Assembly: GCF_058153355.1 (NCBI RefSeq)
Contig: NZ_CM177019.1
Direction: 5' to 3' (one strand)
DNA: 64,000 bases
This document shows, in pieces, positions 15,642 through 29,815 of this stretch; position 1 is the stretch's first letter; every line of letters begins with the position of its first letter. The notes below the pieces were generated by a model that worked only from the letters and a program-made list of their open reading frames with translations, searched no databases and had not been told where the DNA came from. The translations under genes and the position numbers were made by a program.

Positions 15642-16101
15642 TCTGTAAATATTATTTAGCCGTAGTAATCACTCGCCGTAATTATTACGGCTAAATAAAC
15701 ATCAGCATCGCTTATTAATATTTGTTCTTTTGTGCGGCTTAGTGTTTGGAAATTATTGACGCCATTTATGAATTCTATTTTTTCTTACACGATTCAGCTA
15801 ATGAGACTTTATTTCCCCACCATCCAATTGTCACCTTAATGATAATTATTTGTTAAATAAATGTTTTATTTAGCATTGGTTATACCAATTGCCCGCTCAG
15901 ACTCCTTCTGCACTCCCCTTTCGTTATAACGCCCTTTTGCAACAGCTTCTTAAAATCAACTTGATATGTTTTGCAACATATGTAACCTGACAGCCAAATC
16001 CAAGTAACAGGAATTTAATCATGTTTACAGTAATGCAACCTTCCCGTAAAATGCCCACACACTTTAAACGCCACCAGATCCCGTGGAATTGAGGTCGTTA
16101 A

Positions 16102-17049
<948 letters not shown>

Positions 17050-17058
17050 AGGGGTTGA

Positions 17059-19995
<2,937 letters not shown>

Positions 19996-20006
19996 GAGCG
20001 GCGGTT

Positions 20007-20897
20007 ATGATGTTTAAGCAATACCTGCAAGTAACGAAACCAGGCATCATCTTTGGCAACCTGATCTCGGTGATTGGGGGATTCCTGCTGGCCTCAAAGG
20101 GCAGCATTGATTATCCCCTGTTTATCTACACGCTGGTTGGGGTGTCACTGGTTGTGGCGTCGGGTTGTGTGTTTAACAACTACATCGACAGGGATATCGA
20201 CAGAAAGATGGAAAGGACGAAGAATCGGGTGCTGGTTAAGGGCCTGATCTCTCCTGCTGTCTCGCTGGTGTACGCCACCTTGCTGGGTATTGCTGGCTTT
20301 ATGCTGCTGTGGTTTGGCGCGAATCCGCTGGCCTGCTGGCTGGGGGTGATGGGCTTTGTGGTTTATGTCGGCGTCTACAGCCTGTACATGAAACGCCACT
20401 CGGTCTACGGCACGTTGATTGGTTCGCTCTCCGGCGCAGCGCCGCCGGTGATTGGCTACTGTGCAGTGACAGGCGAGTTCGATAGCGGCGCAGCAATCCT
20501 GTTGGCTATCTTCAGCCTGTGGCAGATGCCTCACTCTTATGCCATCGCCATTTTCCGCTTTAAGGATTATCAGGCGGCAAACATTCCGGTACTGCCGGTG
20601 GTGAAAGGCATTTCGGTAGCGAAAAACCACATCACGCTGTATATCATCGCCTTTGCTGTTGCCACGCTGATGCTCTCTCTTGGCGGTTACGCTGGGTATA
20701 AATATCTGGTGGTCGCCGCGGCGGTTAGCGTCTGGTGGTTAGGTATGGCGCTGCGTGGTTATAAAGTTGCTGATGATCGAATCTGGGCACGCAAGCTGTT
20801 CGGCTTCTCGATCATCGCCATCACTGCCCTCTCGGTAATGATGTCCGTTGATTTTATGGTGCCGGACTCGCATACGCTGCTGGCTGCTGTGTGGTAA
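20007..20897 (+). CDS. cyoE: protohaem IX farnesyltransferase (haem O synthase)
   Basis: ORF 19962-20897; conserved start [18 protein letters not shown]; UbiA-family motif [18 protein letters not shown]. Confidence 0.95.
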
Positions 20898-20911
20898 CAC
20901 AACCTCTCTAT

Positions 20912-20938
20912 AAAAAAGGTGCTACGGCACCTTTTTTA
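20912..20938 (+). terminator. Rho-independent terminator of cyoE / cyoABCDE operon
   Basis: GGTGC-tacg-GCACC hairpin (20918-20931) followed by TTTTTT, 15 nt after cyoE stop. Confidence 0.8.
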
Positions 20939-20952
20939 TTGTCTGAGAACAG

Positions 20953-20977
20953 AGATACGGCTAATAGCCGTATCTCT
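20953..20977. promoter_or_regulatory. perfect 11-bp inverted repeat (operator candidate 1) abutting the -35 of the toxin-antitoxin promoter
   Basis: GAGATACGGCT-AAT-AGCCGTATCTC, perfect palindrome. Confidence 0.6.
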
Positions 20978-21005
20978 TGACAGAGTGAGTATATGCACAT
21001 AAATT
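20977..21005 (+). promoter_or_regulatory. candidate sigma70 promoter of the antitoxin-toxin operon
   Basis: -35 TTGACA (20977-20982), 17-bp spacer, -10 TAAATT (21000-21005). Confidence 0.5.
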
Positions 21006-21010
21006 AATCA

Positions 21011-21027
21011 TACGGTTGATAGCCGTA
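21011..21027. promoter_or_regulatory. second inverted repeat (operator candidate 2) just downstream of the -10
   Basis: TACGGTTGATAGCCGTA shares the TACGG...AGCCGTA half-sites of operator candidate 1. Confidence 0.55.
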
Positions 21028-21081
21028 TTATGCATGAGATCGACTCCCTACGATTTCATTCAGTTAATCAAAGAGGTCATA

Positions 21082-21393
21082 ATGCCTGGAAAAACAGTCG
21101 CTCTACCCGATATCGATAAAACGCTGAAAAATGCGCGGGTTGAACTCAAAACCAGTCCCGACGCCAAAAACAAACTTCGTGAAGCTGCGCAAGCCGTTGG
21201 GGTAGATTTAAGCGCTTTTATTTTGAGCGCAGCTATGGAACGCGCCGAAAGTGTGCTTGATAACCAACGTCGCCGTGAGCTTTCGAATCAAAGCTGGGAA
21301 CTGATGAACCAACTCATCGCTGAACCTGCTCAACCGACGCTCGCCCTCAAGGCGTTAATGAAAAGGAAAAACAGCGATGGTCGACAAGCATGA
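21082..21393 (+). CDS. DUF1778/ribbon-helix-helix type II antitoxin (TacA/AtaR-like), 103 aa
   Basis: ORF 21016-21393 trimmed to ATG 21082, which follows SD AAAGAGG (21071-21077); small protein with the SAFIL...A..AE.VL pattern typical of DUF1778 antitoxins; 17-nt overlap with downstream GNAT gene. Confidence 0.75.
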   Translation: MPGKTVALPDIDKTLKNARVELKTSPDAKNKLREAAQAVGVDLSAFILSAAMERAESVLDNQRRRELSNQSWELMNQLIAEPAQPTLALKALMKRKNSDGRQA

Positions 21394-21919
21394 AGAGATT
21401 ACTCTGCCCATAGTCCTCTCCTGTAATTATCAGTCTGATATTACTTATCCTGGGCAAAAACAGTTTGATTGCGGTAACCCTGTTATCGATAAATTTGTAC
21501 GCGCATCGCTAAAGAAAAGTGTGCGTAATAGCGACTGTGCTGCTAAAGCACTTATTGACAGACAAAGTGGTGAACTGATTGGCATCTGTACTTTTACGGC
21601 ATATTCGCTGGAAAAACAACGCGTTTCTGGCGTCCTTCAGGGTTCACAACCTTCAGAGATTGGTGTTGTCAGATTAGTCATGTTAGGGGTAGCGCGGAAA
21701 TATCAAAAGCGGGGCTTTGGTCAGGACCTACTATGTGATTTTTTTGAACATGTAAAAATAATTCACCGGGCATTACCAATTAAAGGGGTTTATCTTGATG
21801 CTGACCCTGCCGCCATTAACTTTTATACTCGTCTCGGCTTTGTTCAGCTTTCAGCGAGGCCCAATGTTTTCGGTGCTGTACCGATGTTTTTAGCGATTCA
21901 GCATATTCTCGCGGCTTAG
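21377..21919 (+). CDS. GNAT-family acetyltransferase toxin (TacT/AtaT/KacT-like), 180 aa
   Basis: N-terminal FDCG motif, acetyl-CoA binding RKYQKRGFGQ (Q/R-x-x-G-x-G), C-terminal FYTRLGF with conserved Tyr; translationally coupled to the upstream antitoxin. Confidence 0.8.
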   Translation: MVDKHEEITLPIVLSCNYQSDITYPGQKQFDCGNPVIDKFVRASLKKSVRNSDCAAKALIDRQSGELIGICTFTAYSLEKQRVSGVLQGSQPSEIGVVRLVMLGVARKYQKRGFGQDLLCDFFEHVKIIHRALPIKGVYLDADPAAINFYTRLGFVQLSARPNVFGAVPMFLAIQHILAA

Positions 21920-22909
21920 ATTATTATCGCCTCCGGCCATGGCAAGTTTTGCCTCAGCCGGGGACTGAGCAGCGTTACCACTTTTGTTCAATTGCCCCGC
22001 TTTCATCAGGTCCACATCCTTGCCTTTAATGGTTGCCGTTGCGGCAACGATTGTGGTCCTTATTGCTGCACAAGATTTTCGTTCAAATTCCGGTTTATAA
22101 AGAATAAGCAACGAATTACTGGTAAATGAATCAAGCCGGTAATCTGTAAAGTTAATATCCAGTCGGTTTAAGCCGAAAGGTGCAAAGCCGACCGTTTGAA
22201 TAGTTTCCTTACCTGACGGACTCTTGATGTTGTACGTAACACGAAGATTGGCCACTTCGCCTAATTTATTGGTTTTGGCAAAGAGGCTATCCATACAGGA
22301 AAAACCTTTATCTAAAAAATTATCCCGCATTCCAGAACGGGTAATCGTGATCACAGGTAACGTATCGTCAACCGTTTTTCTGTCAATCATATCTTTTCGA
22401 CAGGCGGCCATAAAGTCTTCCGGACCAGCATAAATGTGAACACCCTTATCAAGATATTCTTTCGCTTTACTACAATCCACCTCGACATACTGACCATTGG
22501 CGTACATCATGCCCAACCTGGACCATGCTAAATTCACACCGCGTTGCGTAGCCTGATTAAATAACGTATACGCTTTGGCGTAATCCACTCGCACCTGTTC
22601 ACCTTCGTAGTAGATATTCCCCAGCGCTAACGGAGCTTCTTCATCACCTTGTTTAGCGGCTAACTCGAACCATTTAATGGCTTCCTGAACGTTGGGTTTG
22701 GTATCGTAGCGGGGCTGATAATATTCCCAGCCTAACAGGCTTTGCGCGTCGACATCCCCCGACTCAGCCATTTTATGCAGTGTCCTTATCACATCGGGGG
22801 CAGGCTTTTCACTGTATATGCTGTCATACAATTCATGCGCTTTCTCGCTTGCCAGTGAACCTTGTGAGGCAATTAATAAAATAGCCAATAAACTCTTTTT
22901 ATTTAACAT
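21890..22909 (-). CDS. secreted Sel1-repeat (TPR-like) protein with ~170-aa C-terminal domain of unknown function
   Basis: 339 aa; signal peptide MLNKKSLLAILLIASQGSLA; Sel1-like repeats (AQSLLGWEYY..., EAIKWFELAAKQGDEEAPLALGNIYYEG, AKAYTLFNQATQRGVNLAWSRLGMMYANG); 3' end overlaps GNAT gene 3' end by 30 bp. Confidence 0.7.
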   Translation of the reverse strand: MLNKKSLLAILLIASQGSLASEKAHELYDSIYSEKPAPDVIRTLHKMAESGDVDAQSLLGWEYYQPRYDTKPNVQEAIKWFELAAKQGDEEAPLALGNIYYEGEQVRVDYAKAYTLFNQATQRGVNLAWSRLGMMYANGQYVEVDCSKAKEYLDKGVHIYAGPEDFMAACRKDMIDRKTVDDTLPVITITRSGMRDNFLDKGFSCMDSLFAKTNKLGEVANLRVTYNIKSPSGKETIQTVGFAPFGLNRLDINFTDYRLDSFTSNSLLILYKPEFERKSCAAIRTTIVAATATIKGKDVDLMKAGQLNKSGNAAQSPAEAKLAMAGGDNNLSRENMLNR

Positions 22910-23325
22910 AAATAACTTTTATGCATCCATCACTATATTTTTCAATATACCTAACCACCAAACATCCACTTCATGAATAAATACACAGCCATAACAACCT
23001 CAGGTAATAAGTAAACATTTAAGCTGAAGCAGAATAACCAGCACCTCCAACACCTCTATTTATTACGATAAAATAACATCATCCTTTAATAAAAAATCAC
23101 ACGCTCATCAACAAATCCGAAAATAATATCATTCGTGGCAGGATAAAATCAGGTGAGCTTTTCATTTGTTATATTTAACACACAAAGTATTAATGGCAAG
23201 AATACGAGAGAAGCGCATGCCTGACGTAAAAATCACGCTCTTATGTAATATTTACTCATTAACACTCTGTTTACCCAACATGCGCTCCGCACTACACTAT
23301 GTGGGCAATTTTTTAAGAGGTGGTA

Positions 23326-24690
23326 ATGAACGATTATAAAATGACGCCAGGTGAGCGGCGCGCGACCTGGGGTTTAGGGACCGTATTTTCATTGCGCATG
23401 CTGGGCATGTTTATGGTACTGCCGGTTCTAACTACGTACGGTATGGCACTGCAAGGTGCCAGTGAAGCATTAATCGGTATTGCCATTGGTATTTATGGCC
23501 TGACTCAGGCCGTTTTTCAGATTCCGTTTGGCCTGCTCTCAGACCGTATTGGTCGCAAACCATTAATTGTCGGCGGGCTGGCGGTGTTTGCTGCCGGTAG
23601 TGTTATCGCTGCGCTTTCCGACTCAATCTGGGGAATTATTCTGGGCCGGGCGTTACAAGGTTCTGGAGCGATTGCCGCTGCCGTTATGGCGCTACTTTCT
23701 GATCTCACGCGCGAACAAAACCGCACCAACGCGATGGCGTTTATCGGCGTGAGTTTTGGTATTACCTTCGCCATTGCGATGGTACTTGGCCCTATCATCA
23801 CTCACAAACTTGGACTGCACGCGCTGTTCTGGATGATCGCTATTCTGGCAACAACCGGCATTGCGTTGACCATTTGGGTGGTGCCCAACAGCAGCACGCA
23901 CGTACTTAATCGTGAGTCCGGGATGGTGAAAGGCAGTTTCAGCAAAGTGCTGGCAGAACCGCGACTGCTGAAACTCAACTTCGGCATTATGTGTCTGCAC
24001 ATGCTGCTGATGTCGACGTTTGTTGCCCTGCCCGGACAGTTGGCTGATGCGGGGTTCCCGGCGGCTGAGCACTGGAAGGTCTATCTGGCGACGATGTTAA
24101 TCGCCTTTGGCTCGGTTGTGCCTTTCATTATCTACGCGGAAGTTAAGCGCAAAATGAAGCAAGTCTTTGTCTTCTGCGTCGGGCTGATCGTGGTTGCGGA
24201 AATTGTGTTGTGGAACGCACAAACGCAGTTCTGGCAACTGGTGGTCGGCGTGCAGCTATTCTTTGTGGCGTTTAATTTGATGGAAGCCCTCCTCCCCTCG
24301 CTTATCAGTAAAGAGTCGCCAGCCGGTTACAAAGGCACGGCGATGGGCGTTTACTCCACCAGCCAGTTTCTTGGTGTGGCCATTGGCGGTTCGCTGGGTG
24401 GCTGGATTGACGGCATGTTTGACGGTCAGGGCGTATTTCTCGCTGGCGCAATGCTGGCCGCAGTGTGGCTGGCAGTCGCCAGCACCATGAAAGAACCGCC
24501 GTATGTCAGCAGTTTGCGCATTGAAATCCCATCGGACATTGCCGCAAACGAGACGTTAAAAGTGCGTTTGCTGGAAACTGCGGGTGTCAAAGAAGTGTTG
24601 ATTGCAGAAGAAGAACATTCGGCTTACGTGAAAATCGACAGCAAAGTGACGAATCGCTTTGAAGTTGAACAGGCAATTCGTCAGGCATAA
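23326..24690 (+). CDS. yajR: MFS transporter YajR
   Basis: ORF 23320-24690; conserved start MNDYKMTPGERRATWGLG; 12-TM MFS with soluble C-terminal domain. Confidence 0.93.
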   Translation: MNDYKMTPGERRATWGLGTVFSLRMLGMFMVLPVLTTYGMALQGASEALIGIAIGIYGLTQAVFQIPFGLLSDRIGRKPLIVGGLAVFAAGSVIAALSDSIWGIILGRALQGSGAIAAAVMALLSDLTREQNRTNAMAFIGVSFGITFAIAMVLGPIITHKLGLHALFWMIAILATTGIALTIWVVPNSSTHVLNRESGMVKGSFSKVLAEPRLLKLNFGIMCLHMLLMSTFVALPGQLADAGFPAAEHWKVYLATMLIAFGSVVPFIIYAEVKRKMKQVFVFCVGLIVVAEIVLWNAQTQFWQLVVGVQLFFVAFNLMEALLPSLISKESPAGYKGTAMGVYSTSQFLGVAIGGSLGGWIDGMFDGQGVFLAGAMLAAVWLAVASTMKEPPYVSSLRIEIPSDIAANETLKVRLLETAGVKEVLIAEEEHSAYVKIDSKVTNRFEVEQAIRQA

Positions 24691-24726
24691 AAAACGAGGC
24701 GAATTGCCTGTTGCGCTACGCTTTTC

Positions 24727-24800
24727 AGGCCTACAAAAGTTCCTGAGTGACAAACCTTTGTAGGCCGAATCAGGCGTTCATGCCGAATCTGACATGAACA
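24727..24800. repeat. REP-like palindromic element (yajR-yajQ intergenic)
   Basis: GGCCTACAAA...TTTGTAGGCC 10-bp inverted repeat followed by GCCGAATCAGGCG / GCCGAATCTGAC REP-like units. Confidence 0.6.
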
Positions 24801-24818
24801 AAGCGCAGGTTGTCGCGA

Positions 24819-25310
24819 TTAATCGCGGAAGTTTTTGAACTGGAACGGCTGACCCAGATCGCCACCACGTACCATCGCCATGACAGCCTGCAAATCATCA
24901 CGAGATTTGCCCGTCACACGGATCTCATCGCCCTGAATTTGCGCCTGCACTTTCAGTTTGCTGTCTTTGATCATCTTGACGATTTTCTTCTGGGTCGCGC
25001 TTTCAATGCCCTGTTTCAGTTTCGCTTCCACAAACCAGGTTTTACCGCTATGAACGATATTTTCCGGTACATCCAGCGAACTGCCTTCAATGCCGCGCTT
25101 CAGCAGCTTGGCACGCAGAATATCCAGCAACTGATTGACCTGGAAGTCGGACTCGCTCAACACTTTGATGGTTTTGCTGGCGTCGTTCAGCTCAAATGAG
25201 GCTTCAACGTTACGGAAGTCAAAACGGGACTCCACTTCGCGGCTCGCGTTATCGACCGCGTTTCGAGCTTCCTGAAGATCAACTTCAGAGACAATATCGA
25301 AAGATGGCAT
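24819..25310 (-). CDS. yajQ: nucleotide-binding protein YajQ (UPF0234)
   Basis: ORF 24819-25478; conserved start [26 protein letters not shown] at ATG 25310 (minus). Confidence 0.9.
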
Positions 25311-25388
25311 CTTTTCCTCTCCCTTCATTTTTGATGCGAAGCATAATACCTGCAAAGTTAAATAACCGACAGTCCTGCACCAGGACGT

Positions 25389-25434
25389 ATCCCTTAATTG
25401 TGCATAGTCGCAACAGCATGCACAATTAAGGGAT
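25389..25434. promoter_or_regulatory. 17-bp perfect inverted repeat in the divergent yajQ/panE control region
   Basis: ATCCCTTAATTGTGCAT-(12 nt)-ATGCACAATTAAGGGAT. Confidence 0.5.
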
Positions 25435-25477
25435 AGCCTTATTGAACACCCGGAGTGGTTGCGGGTGAGGAGGAACA

Positions 25478-26942
<1,465 letters not shown>

Positions 26943-26992
26943 TGTCGGATGCGGCAAACGTCGCATCTGACCAGATGCGACGTAAAAACCAC
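26943..26992. repeat. REP-like unit (yajL-thiI intergenic)
   Basis: GTCGGATGCGGCAAACGTCGCATCTGACCAGATGCGACG. Confidence 0.5.
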
Positions 26993-26995
26993 AAA

Positions 26996-28444
26996 TTACG
27001 GGCGATACACCTTCACATTGTTAAAGCCCTGCTCGCGCAGATAGAGCGCCTGCAGACGGCTCATCACCCCGCGCTCACACCACAACAGCCAGGTTTTGTT
27101 CTGGTCGAGATCGCCAAATTTGGTGCTCAGTTTATAGAACGGCAGAGAAACCACGTCGATACCTTCAACTTTCAGCGGCTTATCTTCTTGTTCATCAACA
27201 GAACGGATATCGAGGATCACGTCGTTCGGGCCGAAGCCGTTGACGGTTTCCACTTCCACCACTTCCTGCTCGGTCTGCTGAGCGATTTCGCGGATATCAA
27301 CGTTATTCGCTTCCTCAACCACTTTATCGAGAATGCTGAAGTCGAACTTCTCTTCTTCCGCTTCAATCTTCGACTTAACCGCTTTCACCGTCGGGCTTTT
27401 GGAGATCACGCCGCAGTATTCCGGCATGGTGCGGGCAAAATCTTCGGTGCCAATCTGGCGAGCCAGGTTGATGATGTGCTCTTTGTCGTAAGAGATCAGC
27501 GGACGCAGGATCAGCGTATCGGAGACGTTATCAATCAGGCGCAGGTTGGTTAGCGTCTGGCTGGACACCTGTCCCAGCGCTTCGCCGGTGACGAGCGCCT
27601 GTACGCCGTAACGTTCAGCCACTTTAGACGCGGCACGCACCATCATACGTTTGAGGATTACGCCCATCTGACCGTCGTCGATTTTCTCGAGAATTTCACC
27701 GACGACCGGCTCAAAGTTAATGGCGACAAAACGCACGCGGTGGGAGCTACCAAAACGGTTCCACAGATAATGCGCCACCTGACGAACACCAATTTCATGC
27801 GCCGCGCCGCCGAGATTAAAGAAGCAGTAATGCACGCGGCAGCCGCGACGCATCAACATATAGCTGGAAACTCCGGAGTCGAAACCACCGGAAATGAGCG
27901 AAAGCACATCTTCCTGAGTGCCGATTGGGAATCCGCCAATACCTTCGTAACGACCTTTGATCAGCAGGAGACGATCGTCTTCAACTTCCAGATGGACAGT
28001 CACATCCGGATTGGTCAGCTTCACGCGCGCGGATTCAATATGCTGATTTAAACCGCCGCCGACGTAACGTTCCACATCAATCGAGCTAAACTCATGTTTA
28101 CCACGGCGCTTCACGCGTACGCAGAAGGTTTTACCTTCCAGCTGATCGCGATACTGAACCAACGCTTTCTCGAAAATATCGTGCATGTCGGTAAACGGCA
28201 CGTCTTCGACTTCGAGAATATGGTGGATACCCGGAATACGGGTCAGGGCGTCGCGAATAGCCAGACGCTGGTTTTCATCTTTTGCGCGAACTTCGATGTT
28301 ATCCCAGTGACGGACGACAGCGAGCGTCTCATCATAGTGCTTTAAAACGTTACGAATGTTCCCGGTAAGGATTTTTATAAAGCGCAAGCGCACAGATTGG
28401 CTTTTGATGGTGATTTCCGGGAACAATTTAATGATAAACTTCAT
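26996..28444 (-). CDS. thiI: tRNA 4-thiouridine synthase / thiamine biosynthesis ThiI
   Basis: 482 aa; THUMP plus PP-loop (SGGFDSGV) plus C-terminal rhodanese-like domain. Confidence 0.96.
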   Translation of the reverse strand: MKFIIKLFPEITIKSQSVRLRFIKILTGNIRNVLKHYDETLAVVRHWDNIEVRAKDENQRLAIRDALTRIPGIHHILEVEDVPFTDMHDIFEKALVQYRDQLEGKTFCVRVKRRGKHEFSSIDVERYVGGGLNQHIESARVKLTNPDVTVHLEVEDDRLLLIKGRYEGIGGFPIGTQEDVLSLISGGFDSGVSSYMLMRRGCRVHYCFFNLGGAAHEIGVRQVAHYLWNRFGSSHRVRFVAINFEPVVGEILEKIDDGQMGVILKRMMVRAASKVAERYGVQALVTGEALGQVSSQTLTNLRLIDNVSDTLILRPLISYDKEHIINLARQIGTEDFARTMPEYCGVISKSPTVKAVKSKIEAEEEKFDFSILDKVVEEANNVDIREIAQQTEQEVVEVETVNGFGPNDVILDIRSVDEQEDKPLKVEGIDVVSLPFYKLSTKFGDLDQNKTWLLWCERGVMSRLQALYLREQGFNNVKVYRP

Positions 28445-28649
28445 GGCGGCAATGGTTCGTTGGCAAGTCTTAAGCGACTTGTATAGGGAAAAATACAGCA
28501 GCCCACACCTGCGGCTGCATCCAGGCGCGGAAGTATACCACTAACATCGCTTTGCTGCGCACATCACCTTACCATTGCGCGTTATTTGCTATTTGCCCTG
28601 AGTCCGTTACCATGACGGGGCGAAAAATATTGAGAGTCAGACATTCATT

Positions 28650-28892
28650 ATGCCGAAGAAAAATGAGGCGCCCGCCAGCTTTGAAAAGGCGCTGAGCGAG
28701 CTGGAACAGATTGTAACCCGTCTGGAAAGTGGCGACCTGCCGCTGGAAGAGGCGCTGAACGAGTTCGAACGTGGCGTGCAGCTGGCACGTCAGGGGCAGG
28801 CCAAATTACAACAAGCCGAACAGCGCGTACAAATTCTGCTGTCTGACAATGAAGACGCCTCTTTAACTCCTTTTACACCGGACAATGAGTAA
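28650..28892 (+). CDS. xseB: exodeoxyribonuclease VII small subunit
   Basis: 80 aa; [36 protein letters not shown]. Confidence 0.96.
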
Positions 28893-29791
28893 TGGACTTT
28901 CCGCAGCAACTCGAAGCCTGCGTTAAGCAGGCCAACCAGGCGCTGAGCCGTTTTATTGCCCCACTGCCCTTTCAGAACACTCCCGTGGTCGAAACCATGC
29001 AGTATGGCGCATTATTAGGTGGTAAGCGCCTGCGACCGTTCCTGGTTTATGCCACCGGCCATATGTTCGGCGTTAGCACAAACACGCTGGACGCACCCGC
29101 TGCCGCCGTGGAGTGTATCCACGCGTATTCATTAATTCATGATGATTTACCGGCAATGGATGATGACGATCTGCGTCGCGGTTTGCCGACCTGCCATGTG
29201 AAGTTTGGCGAAGCAAACGCGATTCTCGCTGGCGACGCTTTACAAACGCTGGCGTTCTCGATTTTAAGTGATGCCGATATGCCGGAAGTGTCGGATCGCG
29301 ACAGAATTTCGATGATTTCTGAACTGGCGAGCGCCAGCGGTATTGGCGGAATGTGCGGTGGTCAGGCATTAGATTTAGATGCGGAAGGCAAACACGTACC
29401 TCTGGACGCACTCGAGCGTATTCATCGCCATAAAACCGGCGCATTGATTCGCGCCGCCGTTCGTCTTGGTGCATTAAGCGCCGGAGATAAAGGACGTCGT
29501 GCTCTGCCAATTCTCGACAAGTACGCAGAGAGCATCGGCCTTGCCTTCCAGGTTCAGGATGACATCCTGGATGTGGTGGGAGATACTGCAACGTTGGGTA
29601 AACGCCAGGGTGCCGACCAGCAACTTGGTAAAAGTACCTACCCTGCACTTCTGGGTCTTGAGCAAGCCCGGAAGAAAGCCCAGGATCTGATCGACGATGC
29701 CCGCCAGTCACTAAAACAACTGGCTGAACAGTCACTCGATACCTCGGCACTGGAAGCGCTAGCGGACTACATCATCCAGCGTAATAAATAA
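28892..29791 (+). CDS. ispA: farnesyl diphosphate synthase
   Basis: 299 aa; DDLPAMDDDDLRRG and FQVQDDILD aspartate-rich motifs; start overlaps xseB stop. Confidence 0.96.
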   Translation: MDFPQQLEACVKQANQALSRFIAPLPFQNTPVVETMQYGALLGGKRLRPFLVYATGHMFGVSTNTLDAPAAAVECIHAYSLIHDDLPAMDDDDLRRGLPTCHVKFGEANAILAGDALQTLAFSILSDADMPEVSDRDRISMISELASASGIGGMCGGQALDLDAEGKHVPLDALERIHRHKTGALIRAAVRLGALSAGDKGRRALPILDKYAESIGLAFQVQDDILDVVGDTATLGKRQGADQQLGKSTYPALLGLEQARKKAQDLIDDARQSLKQLAEQSLDTSALEALADYIIQRNK

Positions 29792-29815
29792 ACAATAAGT
29801 ATTAATAGGCCCCTG

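Noticed and set aside
21016-21081. TTG-initiated 22-codon extension of the antitoxin ORF
   Set aside because: The ATG at 21082 has a strong SD (AAAGAGG), and the extension would start inside the operator palindrome and promoter.
29073-29750. 225-aa ORF on the minus strand
   Set aside because: Antisense within ispA; Arg-rich shadow frame.
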